A stretch of DNA of 44,392 nucleotides, counting the filler, from an uncultured Methanosarcinales archaeon (GTDB taxonomy: Archaea; Nanobdellota; Nanobdellia; Woesearchaeales; JACPBV01), in assembly GCA_964492935.1 (NCBI GenBank). It is 12 parts of 12 records of this genome, joined end to end, with 100 filler letters (N's around TTAATTAATTAA, not from the genome) between each part and the next. Parts side by side here need not be neighbours in the genome. Positions count along the whole stretch, not along the records: positions 6,467 to 12,824 come from CAZBLF010000043.1; positions 12,925 to 19,277 come from CAZBLF010000044.1; 10 more parts are not named here. One strand, given 5' to 3'. The notes below the pieces were generated by a model that worked only from the letters and a program-made list of their open reading frames with translations, was not told the DNA's origin and made no database searches. This document shows, one piece after another, positions 6,467 to 17,391 of this stretch; within the stretch, counting starts at the first letter, position 1; each line of letters begins with the position of its first letter. Both the position numbers and the translations under genes were made by a program.

Positions 6467-8352
6467 TTTTCGATGTTTACATCTTTTAGAAATGCTTTGT
6501 TTGATCTGCCTATGTAGCTGAAATTAAAGTAGAAGTATAGGTTTTCATCTCCTGAGCGTAGACGTTCTACGCTGAGGAAGGTAGGAGATTGGTATTGTGG
6601 AAGGGGCTTAGCAATGAATGAGAAGTTTCCGGAGAAGCAGGTTTCAATGGGGATTCTTAATTGTTCTGCAGATCTTCTGCCGGCTAAGTCTTGAGATACA
6701 AATAAGAGATTTGAAGTGACTGCGTTTTTAAGTCCTGCAGCATTTACCTGTGATGATTGGGGTTCGGACGTTGATTGTTGGCGTATTCTAAATGCTCCTT
6801 GGAAGATGTTTGTAATATCTACATCTTCGAACTCGAAAAGGCCATCTGCATCGGCAATCGTTTCCTCATCCGCATGCGTTGCGCATTTTTCTACTCCTAG
6901 CACGGCGAAATCGCATTTTGCTCTTAAGTCTGAGTCGCCTAATGTTTCTAGTCTTGAGGATAGGCCAGCAATTTCGAAGGTTCGGTCGAATACGTCGTTG
7001 AAAGGTGTTCGTTGGACGTACAGAAAGACTTTTGCTCCGGGTTCGGTCTTTCCGCGAATGGTTACGGCATCGGCAAAGTTTTCAAAGATTTGCTGGCCGC
7101 TTCGTGGAGAGATGATTTCTATTTCGGGTGGTGTGGTGTCGAGTAAAATTTCAAATTGTTCGCTGATTGCGTTACCACCGGGGTCGGTGGCGGTAACACG
7201 CAGCGTGTAAAATTGTTCTTCCTCTCCTAGTTGTACGGGAACGTCGAATTCTCCATTGACGACTACTGATGTGGAAATGGTTCCTACTCCGTCGAGGAAA
7301 TTAATGGATTCTGCTTCAGGGAAGTCTTTTTTGCCGGCAGGTAGGGTGGTTGCTGATAATGCTGCTGAGGAGGAGCCGATATTACCTTTATCGTCTACGG
7401 CGAAAATAGTATATGTGTAGGTGCGCTCTGAATTAACGCCGATGTCTTTGAAGGTGGTTACTTGATCATCGTCAAAGAAGATGAAGGGTTGGCCATCTCG
7501 TGAAAGGACATATCGATTGAAATCTTCATCTGTTGATTGGTTCCACGTTAGTTCGATAACATTTGCTTCGATGTCTGTGATGTTAAAGGCTACTACGGGA
7601 GCAGGAGGAACGTCATCTTCCTCTGTTTCCTCTACGGTGATTTCTAGGGTTACGGGTTCGGAAACCACTCCAATGACATGATACTCTTGTTCTGGAGCAA
7701 AGAGCGGGATGTCGGTGAGATTGAGCTCGGGAGGGATGGTGTCTACGGCGATTGAGAAGATTTTTTCGGTCTGTCTATTGTCTTTTCTTGCAATAATCTT
7801 TATGGAGTGATTTCCATCTGCTAATTCTACGTTCGAGAAGGCGAATTCTCCTTGCTGACCAGATATTCTCTCTTCTTTGAGGAAATTGTCTACTAAGAGT
7901 TGTAATTCGGTTAGTGGTGAGGTGGTACCGGGAATACTTATTGTGTTGCCTTGGTTGAAGGTAGTGGGCACGGTAGCGTTGAGGATGAATGCAGGTTGGG
8001 CGAGCGTGGTGAAGGTGAATGATGCGCCCCCATTGTTGTCTTCTACGGTTTGAGTAAGATTATTAGATGCTACCTTAAAGAGATAGGTTGTGGCTGGATC
8101 TAGGTTGTTGAGGGTGATTTCTTTATTGTTATCGAAATTGAGGGCTTGGGTTTGTGTTTGGTCTAATGCTGAAGTTCCAAAGGTTACGGTGGCGTCTGCG
8201 GACTGATCTACGATCCAGGTGATGGTTGCGGATGTGTCAGAGACTTGTGCTGCCTGGACTGAGTTTATTGACAATGCATCTACGAATGCAATGGGCATTA
8301 GGATAATTAGTTCGATGAGCAGGATTGCTAGGATTGATGTGGTTTTGTTCAT
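6467..8352 (-). CDS. Large secreted protein with fibronectin-III/Ig-like domains (3' partial)
   Basis: Signal peptide; FN3 motifs (SATITW...LDPATTYLFKV; ELTW...YTYTIFAVD); DTTPPEIEIISP Ig-like linkers. Confidence 0.85.
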
Positions 8353-10364
8353 CTTGTTAGGGTAAATTCGGGTAGTTTCTTGGAGTGTTCTGGGAGATCT
8401 GCGTAAAAGAGATAGGCATCATCGTCATCATCGAATTCTTGTTCGATGACGTTGAAGGTTACTTTATCTGCTAGTTTGAGTAGGGTGGGATCGGGAGTCC
8501 AGTTTCCGATGTAGCCGCCTTTGATGTTTTCTTCGTCGGCTAGGTAGATTTCCACACGGTAGTTGAAGCGTGATTTTGCGAGTACTTTGAGTTCGGAGGA
8601 ATCGCCTTTCTTGTGGATAGCGAAGCTTTCGAACTTTTTCTCGGGATGCACAATGGTTATGGTTGCTTGTTCTTCATCGGTTAATGCTATCGGTCCTTGG
8701 AGCTGTCCGTCTTTGAGTTTGAACTTTTTGACTTCTACAACGAGCTCTTTTATGGGTTGCATGGGCACATCATAGGTTTTGATGATTTCGGTCTGCATGA
8801 AGATCTGGCCTTCTTGGTAACCCTGCTTATTTGCTCTTAGGATGGCGTTTGTGCATTGTGGGAGCGGTACTTTGAGTAAAGGAGTGTTAGCAATATCTAG
8901 ATCTAGTCTGGTTCGGCCGATGTCGCATGAGTATCTTCCGCAAGTGAATGTGAAATTGACGTTGTTGAGTTCACTCTGCGTTTCTATATCGGATGCTTGG
9001 AGGGTCATCGTGTTTGCTCCTACGATGTCTTGGCAGTAGTCTTCACTTGTTACGGTATCTCTTTGGAATAAGGTGGTGAAGTCTCTGCTTGTTGTGTCTG
9101 GTACATTTTTGTTGATTTTTCCCATGTAGACGAAGCTGAAGGTGAAAGGGTCATTGTTGTCGGTTCTTTTATCGGAAATGGTTACTTTTATGGGGAAGAC
9201 CATGCTGTAGGTGAAGTGCCAGACTTTGAGGCAGAATGCGGAGAGGATTTGTTGACCTTTCTGGGCGTTTGCTTCTAAGATGGGGCCGCGATTAGGGGAG
9301 ACTTCTAGGATCATCGGCCACGCAGGGTCGTATTGGAAGTTGACGCTAGTTGTAGGGTATTTTTTATCGGTGACGTCCCAGACATAGTGGTAGCCGTAAT
9401 AGGAGTCTTTGTAGGTGTTTTCGATCTCTTCTTCAAGGAATTTTAGGGATTCTCGTTGTTCTGCGGTGAAGGCGAAATTGTCGATCTCTTCTTCGGTGTA
9501 CTTGCCTCTCCAATCGGGAATGGGTGTGGGGATGTACGGGATGGGTGCGTTTTCATCGTACTTGGTGTTTTCGAGCTTGATGTGGTTTAAGTTTACCATC
9601 ATTAACTTCTTTAATTTATCTTCTACTTTCGGAAGTTGCCAGATTTTCTTTCTACAGTCGACGTCGAAGCCGGTTGTCGGTAGATCAGGATCTAGGTTTA
9701 TGAGATCGATAATTCTTTCTTCGACAAAGAAGTCTTTCTTTGCTCGGTCCATGATTTCTGCAGCTAATTCGTAGACTTCGTGGAATCTGATCGGTAGGAT
9801 GACGATGTAGTTTTGTAATTGTGCAAGTGTTTTGTTGAATTTGTCTTGTACTTCTATCGGGTATGTTGTTATGATTTGGATATCTTCCTTTTTTCTGCCT
9901 TCTTTGCCTAGCGTTACTTGCACGCCTAGTTCTCCCTCGTTGAAGATTTGGAACTTGTTGTTGAAGACGGAGAAGTTGTTGAGGCAGTTGGGTAAGCCTT
10001 CTTCGATATACTCCTCGATATCTTGTTCGATTCTTGCTAAGGGAGGGATTGCCGTTATTCCGTCGAACCACCAGTAGGGGTTTCTAATCTGTTCGTTGGG
10101 TGAGTTTTGTAAGACTCTGTAGGGAGCTGCGTCGACCCAGGACGGGAAGGTAAGATAGCCGCCGTTGATGCCTGCTAGTGTTGTTGCTTCTAGTCCTAGA
10201 ATTCTGGTGCAGGATTCTACGAACTGTTGAACTGGAATTAATTCTGGGGTTACGATCTCTTTTTCAAGCTCGGATTCGGTGCCGTAGAAGGTTAAGCTAA
10301 CGTAGGTTAGCAGTATCAGTAGACCGATTACTATGAAGACTGTTATTTGACCCCTTTTTTTCAT
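8349..10364 (-). CDS. Class III (pilin-like) signal peptide surface protein
   Basis: MKKRG|QITVFIVIGLLILL N-terminus; 671 aa; ATGA-coupled to the next gene. Confidence 0.8.
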   Translation of the reverse strand: MKKRGQITVFIVIGLLILLTYVSLTFYGTESELEKEIVTPELIPVQQFVESCTRILGLEATTLAGINGGYLTFPSWVDAAPYRVLQNSPNEQIRNPYWWFDGITAIPPLARIEQDIEEYIEEGLPNCLNNFSVFNNKFQIFNEGELGVQVTLGKEGRKKEDIQIITTYPIEVQDKFNKTLAQLQNYIVILPIRFHEVYELAAEIMDRAKKDFFVEERIIDLINLDPDLPTTGFDVDCRKKIWQLPKVEDKLKKLMMVNLNHIKLENTKYDENAPIPYIPTPIPDWRGKYTEEEIDNFAFTAEQRESLKFLEEEIENTYKDSYYGYHYVWDVTDKKYPTTSVNFQYDPAWPMILEVSPNRGPILEANAQKGQQILSAFCLKVWHFTYSMVFPIKVTISDKRTDNNDPFTFSFVYMGKINKNVPDTTSRDFTTLFQRDTVTSEDYCQDIVGANTMTLQASDIETQSELNNVNFTFTCGRYSCDIGRTRLDLDIANTPLLKVPLPQCTNAILRANKQGYQEGQIFMQTEIIKTYDVPMQPIKELVVEVKKFKLKDGQLQGPIALTDEEQATITIVHPEKKFESFAIHKKGDSSELKVLAKSRFNYRVEIYLADEENIKGGYIGNWTPDPTLLKLADKVTFNVIEQEFDDDDDAYLFYADLPEHSKKLPEFTLTR

Positions 10365-10412
10365 GTACTAGTCTCTTCTGGGTTGTTTTTGGGTTTTTTC
10401 CTTTATAAACTT

Positions 10413-11162
10413 TTACCTTGTTTTCACAGCTTTTACTGTATTTGCAAGGTAAAGTTGGATGAACGCTAAAAAGGTGAATAGGAGGATGGATGAGATTATT
10501 TGAGCAGGGATTTTTCCTAGGTTGATAGTGAGTGGAGATACTTTGTTGAGAATGATGTTTAATGCAGTTATGATTGCATAGGGCAGGATGAAATGGTGTA
10601 TTTTTATTGCTTTTTTTAGAGCTGTTAATAGGGAGGACCATTTTTTTGAGCTTGCTAGCTCGTACCAGAAGATATGGATGAGGTGGAGGAAGAGGAGGAG
10701 TATGAGTGATGCGCCTAACACTAATGATTCGGGATTGCCGCCGAAAATGAGTGAGAAGATGATGATTGCTAAGACGATGAGGTAGCCTGGGGTGAAGAGT
10801 GCTATCTTTAGCGATTTCTTTTTTGTTATTGCTTGGTAGACGATTGTTTTTTCTAGCGCTATTAAGATGAATTGTATGATCAGGAACGTTGGAACAATGA
10901 TGAACATGGCGTCGATGAATTGTCCGGAGGTTCCTGAGATTTGTAATAATTCATCTTTTGTTTTTTCTCCAATATTTTCTACGCTGATGCTTGCTAATTC
11001 TGCGAGTTTGTTGGTTTCGACTACCTTGTACTGTTTCCAGAGGAAGAATGAAAGTATTCCTAATAATGTTTCATATATTGCTATCTTGATGAGTACTCTG
11101 TTTCTGAGGGTGTTTCTCAGTACTGCTAGCTGACTTTTTAGATATCCTTTTGTTTTTTTCAT
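10413..11162 (-). CDS. Multi-pass membrane protein
   Basis: 249 aa with about 6 hydrophobic segments. Confidence 0.75.
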   Translation of the reverse strand: MKKTKGYLKSQLAVLRNTLRNRVLIKIAIYETLLGILSFFLWKQYKVVETNKLAELASISVENIGEKTKDELLQISGTSGQFIDAMFIIVPTFLIIQFILIALEKTIVYQAITKKKSLKIALFTPGYLIVLAIIIFSLIFGGNPESLVLGASLILLLFLHLIHIFWYELASSKKWSSLLTALKKAIKIHHFILPYAIITALNIILNKVSPLTINLGKIPAQIISSILLFTFLAFIQLYLANTVKAVKTR

Positions 11163-11581
11163 TGTTGCATCTCAAGTAGTTGATCAATAAGTTTTTTGCA
11201 TGTTTCGATCGCTTCAGTTGCTACATTGCTTTCCAGTTTGTTGCCATAATAGACGAGCGCATTTCGTTTAGTTCGTATGTCATCGAATTTTCGGTAGTCT
11301 TCTGTTCGTTTAAGCACATCTCTTAGATAATATCCTAGACAGAGATGATTGAGTACCTTGAATCCCTTTCTCAAAAGAAGTGCGTGGAGTATCTCTAAGA
11401 CTGAGGCATAGTATCCTTCGAAGATGTAATTTATTGAACTTTCTTCTCGATGACTCTTTGAGAGAAAGAGTGTTCTTCCTTTTGCAATTTCTATGAGTGA
11501 ATTAGCTTTTGCGTTATCTGGACTCACCGTCAGGCTAGTATTATTTTGAATACATTCTTCCCAGGAACTTTGCTTGTTCAT
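11159..11581 (-). CDS. HEPN-domain protein (putative toxin)
   Basis: YYASVLEILHALL..GFKVLNHLC..RTKRNALVY pattern; coupled to the upstream MNT. Confidence 0.7.
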   Translation of the reverse strand: MNKQSSWEECIQNNTSLTVSPDNAKANSLIEIAKGRTLFLSKSHREESSINYIFEGYYASVLEILHALLLRKGFKVLNHLCLGYYLRDVLKRTEDYRKFDDIRTKRNALVYYGNKLESNVATEAIETCKKLIDQLLEMQQ

Positions 11582-12111
11582 GTAGATACCTCTAGAAATC
11601 CATTGAGTGTGATGCCATTTACGATATTGTTTACTAGTTCTTTATTTTGAATGTTTTTGATTGTTCTTTGCATGATGAGGTGAATCTTTCGTTGTAGTTT
11701 TCTTTCGAATTTTTCTACGCTGATTTTTCTTTGGCTTGGAGTTTCTATGTACAGGTCGATATCGCTCTTTTCCACATCTTCTCCTCTCACATACGAGCCA
11801 AATGCCAGTATTGTTGGATTGTTGAGTTCTTGTATGAGGAAGTCTGTGATTCCGGACTGGTGGAGTGCTTTCAGATTGAAGCATTTTTTTTCAATCAGAT
11901 ATTCTTTTGAGGATCTGTCAGCTTCAAAAGCGGTGATTCCAGCACCTTCCCACCTCTTTAGTATTTTTTCTTGTTCCAATTCTCGTGTATATCGTGATAC
12001 TGAGGGCAACGGAACCTGTACTGTTCTTTCTATTTGTCTTACTCTCAGTTTTTGAGTTGGATTCTGTAGGAAAAATGCTTTTATTTTACCTTTGATATCT
12101 TTTCTTTTCAT
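11578..12111 (-). CDS. HTH plus minimal nucleotidyltransferase (MNT)
   Basis: FGSYVRGED..SDIDLYI motif; N-terminal winged HTH. Confidence 0.85.
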   Translation of the reverse strand: MKRKDIKGKIKAFFLQNPTQKLRVRQIERTVQVPLPSVSRYTRELEQEKILKRWEGAGITAFEADRSSKEYLIEKKCFNLKALHQSGITDFLIQELNNPTILAFGSYVRGEDVEKSDIDLYIETPSQRKISVEKFERKLQRKIHLIMQRTIKNIQNKELVNNIVNGITLNGFLEVST

Positions 12112-12151
12112 TTGATACTTTATGTTATCATTTGATATATAAAGTTATCGT

Positions 12152-12824
12152 TTAAATAATCGCTTCGTTGAAGTCTGCTTCTGTTGGTTCTGGGAAATTA
12201 GCTGATCCCACGGTTCCGAAGGCGTTGGCTACGCTTGTGGGGCGGCCTTTGTATTCGGTGATGAGGTTGCAGACTTCTGATTCTTTGTCTCCCTCTGCGT
12301 TTTCTATACTTGGTGAGAATGTGATGCAGATCTCGTTGTAGAGGTGCTTGCTTGTAGCTACGACAGGCGGTCTCTGAAGATTTGTGTCGGCTGCCTCTTG
12401 GTCGGGGATGAATCCTCTGATGAATTGTTCGCCCTCTTTGATTGGCAAGGGTATTCTGTAGATTTGTACTACTCGGTTGGGTCCTTTGACTACTATGTTT
12501 ACTCTGATCTCTCCTAGCTTTGCGTTAGGAGGATTTCTGAAGCTGTATGAAAGTTTGTAGATGTATTCGGTGCCTTCTGGAGTTACTATGGGTTGTGAAC
12601 GTTCCCCGATGGGGTAGCCGCCTGCAACATCGTATAGACCATTACTGGTGCCTAGCGTTATTACTTTGGAGCTAGATTTAGGGAGGTAGGATTGGCATAA
12701 TAATGATTCCCAGGGGTCTTGTTGGAGGTAGAGCTTGCTGAAGAGGTCGTCTACGTTTCTTCTCCATTTTGCAATGTTTTCTTTTCCTATTACGAATTGT
12801 GAGATTCCGGATAATCCTTTGTAT
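12152..12824 (-). CDS. C-terminal part of a large hypothetical protein (5' partial)
   Basis: Reading frame appears open from the contig edge (YKGLSGISQFVIGKG...) to stop at 12152. Confidence 0.65.
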
Positions 12825-12924
12825 NNNNNNNNNNNNNNNNNNNNNNNNNNNNNNNNNNNNNNNNNNNNTTAATTAATTAANNNNNNNNNNNNNNNNNNNN
12901 NNNNNNNNNNNNNNNNNNNNNNNN

Positions 12925-13174
12925 AAAACTGAATCTCTGCAACCGGTTTCATTCCATTCACCGCCATACCTACAGCCGCTCCCGCAATACCTAGTTCAGA
13001 TAACGGAGTATCAATAACGCGATCTTTACCAAATTCCTTTTGCAATCCATCAGTGGCTCTAAACACACCACCGTTAACACCTACATCTTCACCAATAACA
13101 ACAACGTTCTTGTCGCCCTTAAGCGCTCCACGAAGAGCCATCGTTACTGCCTGGACTGCATTAGCTTTAACCAT
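12925..13174 (-). CDS. pdhB: 2-oxoacid (pyruvate) dehydrogenase E1 beta (3' partial)
   Basis: [33 protein letters not shown]. Confidence 0.92.
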
Positions 13175-14243
13175 TTTTCTTACCTGCCTTATATTCCTCG
13201 AACTGCTCTTTCAACTGAGTGGGCATCTCAGCATACATATATGTGAAAATATCCTCAGGATTAGCTGGCTCCATATTCTCAAACTCATCAATAGCTTTCT
13301 TTACGCTAGCAGTCGAATCCGCAGCTACTTTTTCCTTGTAAGCATCATCAAGCAAATTCTTAGAAGCCAAAAACTTCTCCATTCTATCGAGAGGATCCTT
13401 CTTACTCCATTCCTCAACCTCTTTAGGATCTCGATAACGAGCAGCATCATCACTAGTACTGTGGTCTCCCATCCGATACGTAAAACATTCAATCAACGTA
13501 GGACCGTCACCCTTTCGAGCCTTCTCAATAGCCTCATGAGTAGTTTTATAGACTGCCAAAGCATCATTACCATCAACCTGAATACCTTCAAAACCAAAAG
13601 CAATAGCCTTCTGAGCAATAGTCTCCGAACCCGTCTGTTCATCTCTATGGGTTGAAATAGCAAATTGATTATTCTCCACAATAAAGACCGTAGCAGCATT
13701 AAACACACCAGCAAAATTCATTGCCGACAAGAAATCCTCTTTTGAAGTAGCACCATCTCCGAGATACACAACACTCACTAACTTGTCACCTGTAAGCCGA
13801 GATGCCCATCCTGCACCCAATGCGTGCAAGCTCTGTGTCCCCACCGCAATGCAGATAGGAAAATTGTTAACTTCATCCGGGCTGATAAGACCTCGCTCAT
13901 CGCCGCCCCAATATTGCAGCATTCTAACCATCGGCTGACCACGTGCAATCAATGCACCCGTACTACGATACATAGGAAATAACCAATCTTTATCTTTCAT
14001 AGCATACGTGCTTCCCACCTGAGAGGCTTCCTGACCACGCACCTCCAAGTACGTTCCGAGTCTACCTTGCCTCTGCATAGAAAAAGCTTTTTTATCAAAC
14101 GTACGAACCAAAACCATATTTTCATACAGCTTCTTCAGATCATCATCACTAACATCAGGCATCAAACTATCATCAGCCTTACCGTTCTCATCGAGAACCT
14201 GCAGGTAGTCAACTTCAAATGTTTTCAATACTTTTTTTACCAT
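13167..14243 (-). CDS. pdhA: 2-oxoacid (pyruvate) dehydrogenase E1 alpha
   Basis: [15 protein letters not shown]...[11 protein letters not shown] motif, [11 protein letters not shown]. Confidence 0.95.
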   Translation of the reverse strand: MVKKVLKTFEVDYLQVLDENGKADDSLMPDVSDDDLKKLYENMVLVRTFDKKAFSMQRQGRLGTYLEVRGQEASQVGSTYAMKDKDWLFPMYRSTGALIARGQPMVRMLQYWGGDERGLISPDEVNNFPICIAVGTQSLHALGAGWASRLTGDKLVSVVYLGDGATSKEDFLSAMNFAGVFNAATVFIVENNQFAISTHRDEQTGSETIAQKAIAFGFEGIQVDGNDALAVYKTTHEAIEKARKGDGPTLIECFTYRMGDHSTSDDAARYRDPKEVEEWSKKDPLDRMEKFLASKNLLDDAYKEKVAADSTASVKKAIDEFENMEPANPEDIFTYMYAEMPTQLKEQFEEYKAGKKNG

Positions 14244-14244
14244 G

Positions 14245-14532
14245 TTAATATCGGAATGTTACATTTCCTGGTTTTTTGAATTTGCACTGACACACCAAGC
14301 GCTGATTCTCCTCAAGCGCCATGTCCTTTTCTTCCTGGTTCTTTTCTCCCAGGCACTCCATGCCCTCGTCAACCTCGACGATGCACGTCCCACAAATCCC
14401 ATCAGTACAGCCAAACGTTATACCCAAGTCCTCAGCTTCACTAATAAACTTTTCGTTCTGCTTGACCGTCTTTGTTTGCTCATCGACCGAGATCACACAT
14501 GATTGATATTCTTCAGTTTTCTCTTCGTCCAT
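14245..14532 (-). CDS. [2Fe-2S] ferredoxin
   Basis: GCTDGICGTC...RLVCQ. Confidence 0.9.
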   Translation of the reverse strand: MDEEKTEEYQSCVISVDEQTKTVKQNEKFISEAEDLGITFGCTDGICGTCIVEVDEGMECLGEKNQEEKDMALEENQRLVCQCKFKKPGNVTFRY

Positions 14533-14584
14533 GCTCTCACTCAGACCGTCTAACGGGTGCGATAAGAGTAAAGCACCCGTTTAA

Positions 14585-14700
14585 AAACCTTACGAAAACG
14601 AAGTTGAGTAGGTTTGAAAATCCAAAAATTTTCAACAACCTTGCGAAACGAAGTAAGCAAGGTCTAGAAATTCCAATTTCCAGAACTTGCGAAACGAAGG
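14585..14700. repeat. Intergenic REP-like tandem hairpin repeat (about 2.5 units of about 50 nt)
   Basis: CTT(A/G)CGAAA(A)CGAAG three times; stem ACCTTGC/GCAAGGT alternating with TGAAAAT/ATTTTCA-type stems. Confidence 0.65.
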
Positions 14701-14704
14701 CTAA

Positions 14705-15361
14705 CTATCTACTTTTCCCAACACCCACCCGCTTACAATCCATCTTAACCGGACACCCACTACACCATGGCGAAACAGGACGACATAAATGCTGCCCAAA
14801 CGCCACCAACATCCGGTTGTAGACCTCCCACATCCGCCGAGGCAGTTTCTCACGCAACGCCATCTCCGATTGAAGAGGATTCTTTGTAGAAATATACCCC
14901 AACCGATTAGAAATCCGGTGCACATGCACGTCTACACACATCCCAGGCTTCTTAAATCCTACTACAACAACTAAATTCGCCGTCTTCCTACCAACACCCG
15001 GCAGCTCGATCAATTCCTCCACCGTTGAAGGAATAACACCACCAAACTTCTTATCTAAAACCACAGGCAACTTCTTAAGATGCCGAGCCTTCGTCTTATA
15101 AAACCCAACCGGATAGATCAATTTCTCAAGCTGCTTTAACGTAACCTTCCGCAAATCAGCAACCGTATGAACCCGCTTAAACAATTTCTTACATGCAGCC
15201 GAAGTTGTTTCATCCTTCGTACGGGCAGAAAGAATAGTAGCAATCAGCACCTTAGCCGGATCTGAAGTTTGAACCGCAACTAAATCCACAATAGGAACCT
15301 TGTACGTAGCCGTCTCACGAGCAAGAATCTTGTACACTTGCTCAATCGGAAACTTCTTCAT
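14705..15361 (-). CDS. nth: Endonuclease III
   Basis: HhH LPGVGRKTAN, VDVHVHRISNRLG, C-x6-C-x2-C-x5-C Fe-S motif. Confidence 0.95.
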   Translation of the reverse strand: MKKFPIEQVYKILARETATYKVPIVDLVAVQTSDPAKVLIATILSARTKDETTSAACKKLFKRVHTVADLRKVTLKQLEKLIYPVGFYKTKARHLKKLPVVLDKKFGGVIPSTVEELIELPGVGRKTANLVVVVGFKKPGMCVDVHVHRISNRLGYISTKNPLQSEMALREKLPRRMWEVYNRMLVAFGQHLCRPVSPWCSGCPVKMDCKRVGVGKSR

Positions 15362-15402
15362 CAGTACCCCCAAGAACACGCTCTTAAACGAATATAAAAG
15401 TC

Positions 15403-16089
15403 TTACGTATACCGCTCAATCTTAATATGCTCAGGCTCAACATCCTGATCAAGCAGTTTCTGCCGTGTATCCAACACCATATCCTTCAATCCACAAATAT
15501 AAAATGAAGTCTCAGCAACAGATTCAGGCAAATGTTCCTGCACCCTACCTCGCAAACCGGACCAATCCTCTCGAGTCAACGTAATCAAATACGTAAAATT
15601 ATCAAACTCCGCAGCCATCTGTTCAAATTCAGAACGCAAAACAATATCCTTTTCCAAACGAGTCCCAAATAACAATGTAAACTGATGATCTGGATTACTT
15701 GCCACAAATTCCTTAAAGATAGAGTAAAACGGCGTAATGCCAGTGCCCGTACACACAAAAAAGTGATTTTTATTACTTTCATCAAACCGCAATCCGCCCA
15801 TCGGACCACGAAAAGAAATCTTTTCGCCAGCTTCCATCTTTCTAAATTTTTCAGAGGCATAACCACCATCAATCAACTTGATGCACGATTTCAACACCCC
15901 CGATTCAGAAGGCGGATTAAAGATACTATACGATTTAGGATGCTTCTTCCCATCCTCCTCGAACTCAAAGATAACAAACTGTCCCGCTACAAAAGTAAAC
16001 TCTTTTGGCACGCTTAACGACAATACAAAAACGCTATCGCTCAAGTATTCAATGTCCGTCACCGTTCCCTCATACGTTCCAATTCCCAT
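15403..16089 (-). CDS. FAD/NAD(P)-binding oxidoreductase (ferredoxin reductase-like)
   Basis: FVAGQF, KSYSI, GGYAS, TGTGITPF, YICG. Confidence 0.9.
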   Translation of the reverse strand: MGIGTYEGTVTDIEYLSDSVFVLSLSVPKEFTFVAGQFVIFEFEEDGKKHPKSYSIFNPPSESGVLKSCIKLIDGGYASEKFRKMEAGEKISFRGPMGGLRFDESNKNHFFVCTGTGITPFYSIFKEFVASNPDHQFTLLFGTRLEKDIVLRSEFEQMAAEFDNFTYLITLTREDWSGLRGRVQEHLPESVAETSFYICGLKDMVLDTRQKLLDQDVEPEHIKIERYT

Positions 16090-16167
16090 AGCACTAGCAA
16101 CTAAAACTCAATTTATATAGCTATCGAAAATCTAAATGTTTTTAAGCTGAAAATAAATCTCCCCCTT

Positions 16168-16527
16168 ATGATACTCCCAAGAGGTTCACGAACAATTATA
16201 CGTCACGACGCACCCAGTCTAGTAAGGGTCGTTTCCGATATACAGGCAATTGCGATAGAGTACGGCGCACAAATGGGTAGGCCTGCAGCAGCCATGATAG
16301 TAAGGGGTAGGGAGGACAGGCCCGAGATAGCGCTCAGAGGATCTCAAGAGGATAGGAGCGCCATTTACCTCCTATTTCCGAAGGACCCAGGCAGTAACAC
16401 CTACGAAAGGCTCAGTTTCGAAGGATGTTTTGATCCATTGGTCTACATGGATGAACTCGAAATCAAGGACATCGAAGAAAAGGCTTACCAACATTACAGT
16501 AAACAATTAGAAAAACTAGGACTATAA
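16168..16527 (+). CDS. Hypothetical protein
   Basis: 119-aa ORF filling the gap between two minus-strand genes; TTTTTAAG box upstream. Confidence 0.6.
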   Translation: MILPRGSRTIIRHDAPSLVRVVSDIQAIAIEYGAQMGRPAAAMIVRGREDRPEIALRGSQEDRSAIYLLFPKDPGSNTYERLSFEGCFDPLVYMDELEIKDIEEKAYQHYSKQLEKLGL

Positions 16528-17391
16528 CTATCCCCTAAACAACTTCTGCATCAACATCCCATCTTTCTCCAAGTTGGGACTTTCAGAAACAACAACGCCC
16601 TTAATCTTGTACTCCTTCCAAACCTCAATTAAATCAGCATAATTAAAGTCAGAATCCTCCAAAAACAAGTGATGCTTCTCACCTTTCTCCCCGTACGCAA
16701 TACCAGACATGTGAATGTGCATGTTATCCAACCCTTCACGACCCAAACCCTTCTCAATTTCATCTAACACCGAAGTAAACTCAGCAGTCGTATTATACTT
16801 TCCATTCGTCCGCGCATGCAAGTGTGCAAAGTCCACACACGGCATCACCTGATCCAATTCCTGACTCAATTTAACAATCTCCGTAACCGTTCCAAATTGC
16901 GTACCCTTGCCCGTAGTTTCCGGACGAACCCAAATTTCGTTGCCAGCATCCTTCAATTCAGTAACAATCTTCTTCAACTGTTCTTTCGTCCGATCATACA
17001 CGTCTTTAGGATCTTGCTTCAAATAAAATGCAGCGTGAAATACCAAACTCCAAGCACCTGCCTGCCGCGCCATGTTAGCAGCCTCCAAAACACGCGAACG
17101 TGAAGCCCCACGCTTCTGTGCCTCAATCGCATTCAAATTAATGTAATAGCTCCCGTGACACGTCATCGTAACATCGTTCTCAGAACGAATCGCATTAACC
17201 ACCGCAGCCGATTCAGAATTCAAATTAACCGAATGCACAAACTCCAACTCCATAGCATTTAAACCAAGCGCAGTAATCTGTTTAACACCCTCAGGAGTAT
17301 TCCGCTTCTTAGTACTTAACGGAATCCCACCACAACCAAATTTCAGCTGATCAGGTGCCTTTACGTTAATCGTAGAAAAATCAAAAGCCAT
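16528..17391 (-). CDS. nfo: Endonuclease IV-like TIM-barrel protein
   Basis: HGSYYINLN, RPETTGKGTQFG, DFAHLHAR, HIHMSGI, EKHH. Confidence 0.85.
   Translation of the reverse strand: MAFDFSTINVKAPDQLKFGCGGIPLSTKKRNTPEGVKQITALGLNAMELEFVHSVNLNSESAAVVNAIRSENDVTMTCHGSYYINLNAIEAQKRGASRSRVLEAANMARQAGAWSLVFHAAFYLKQDPKDVYDRTKEQLKKIVTELKDAGNEIWVRPETTGKGTQFGTVTEIVKLSQELDQVMPCVDFAHLHARTNGKYNTTAEFTSVLDEIEKGLGREGLDNMHIHMSGIAYGEKGEKHHLFLEDSDFNYADLIEVWKEYKIKGVVVSESPNLEKDGMLMQKLFRG

Noticed and set aside
14585..14700. Hammerhead ribozyme suggested by GAAAC motifs
   Set aside because: No CTGANGA core found in a suitable position.
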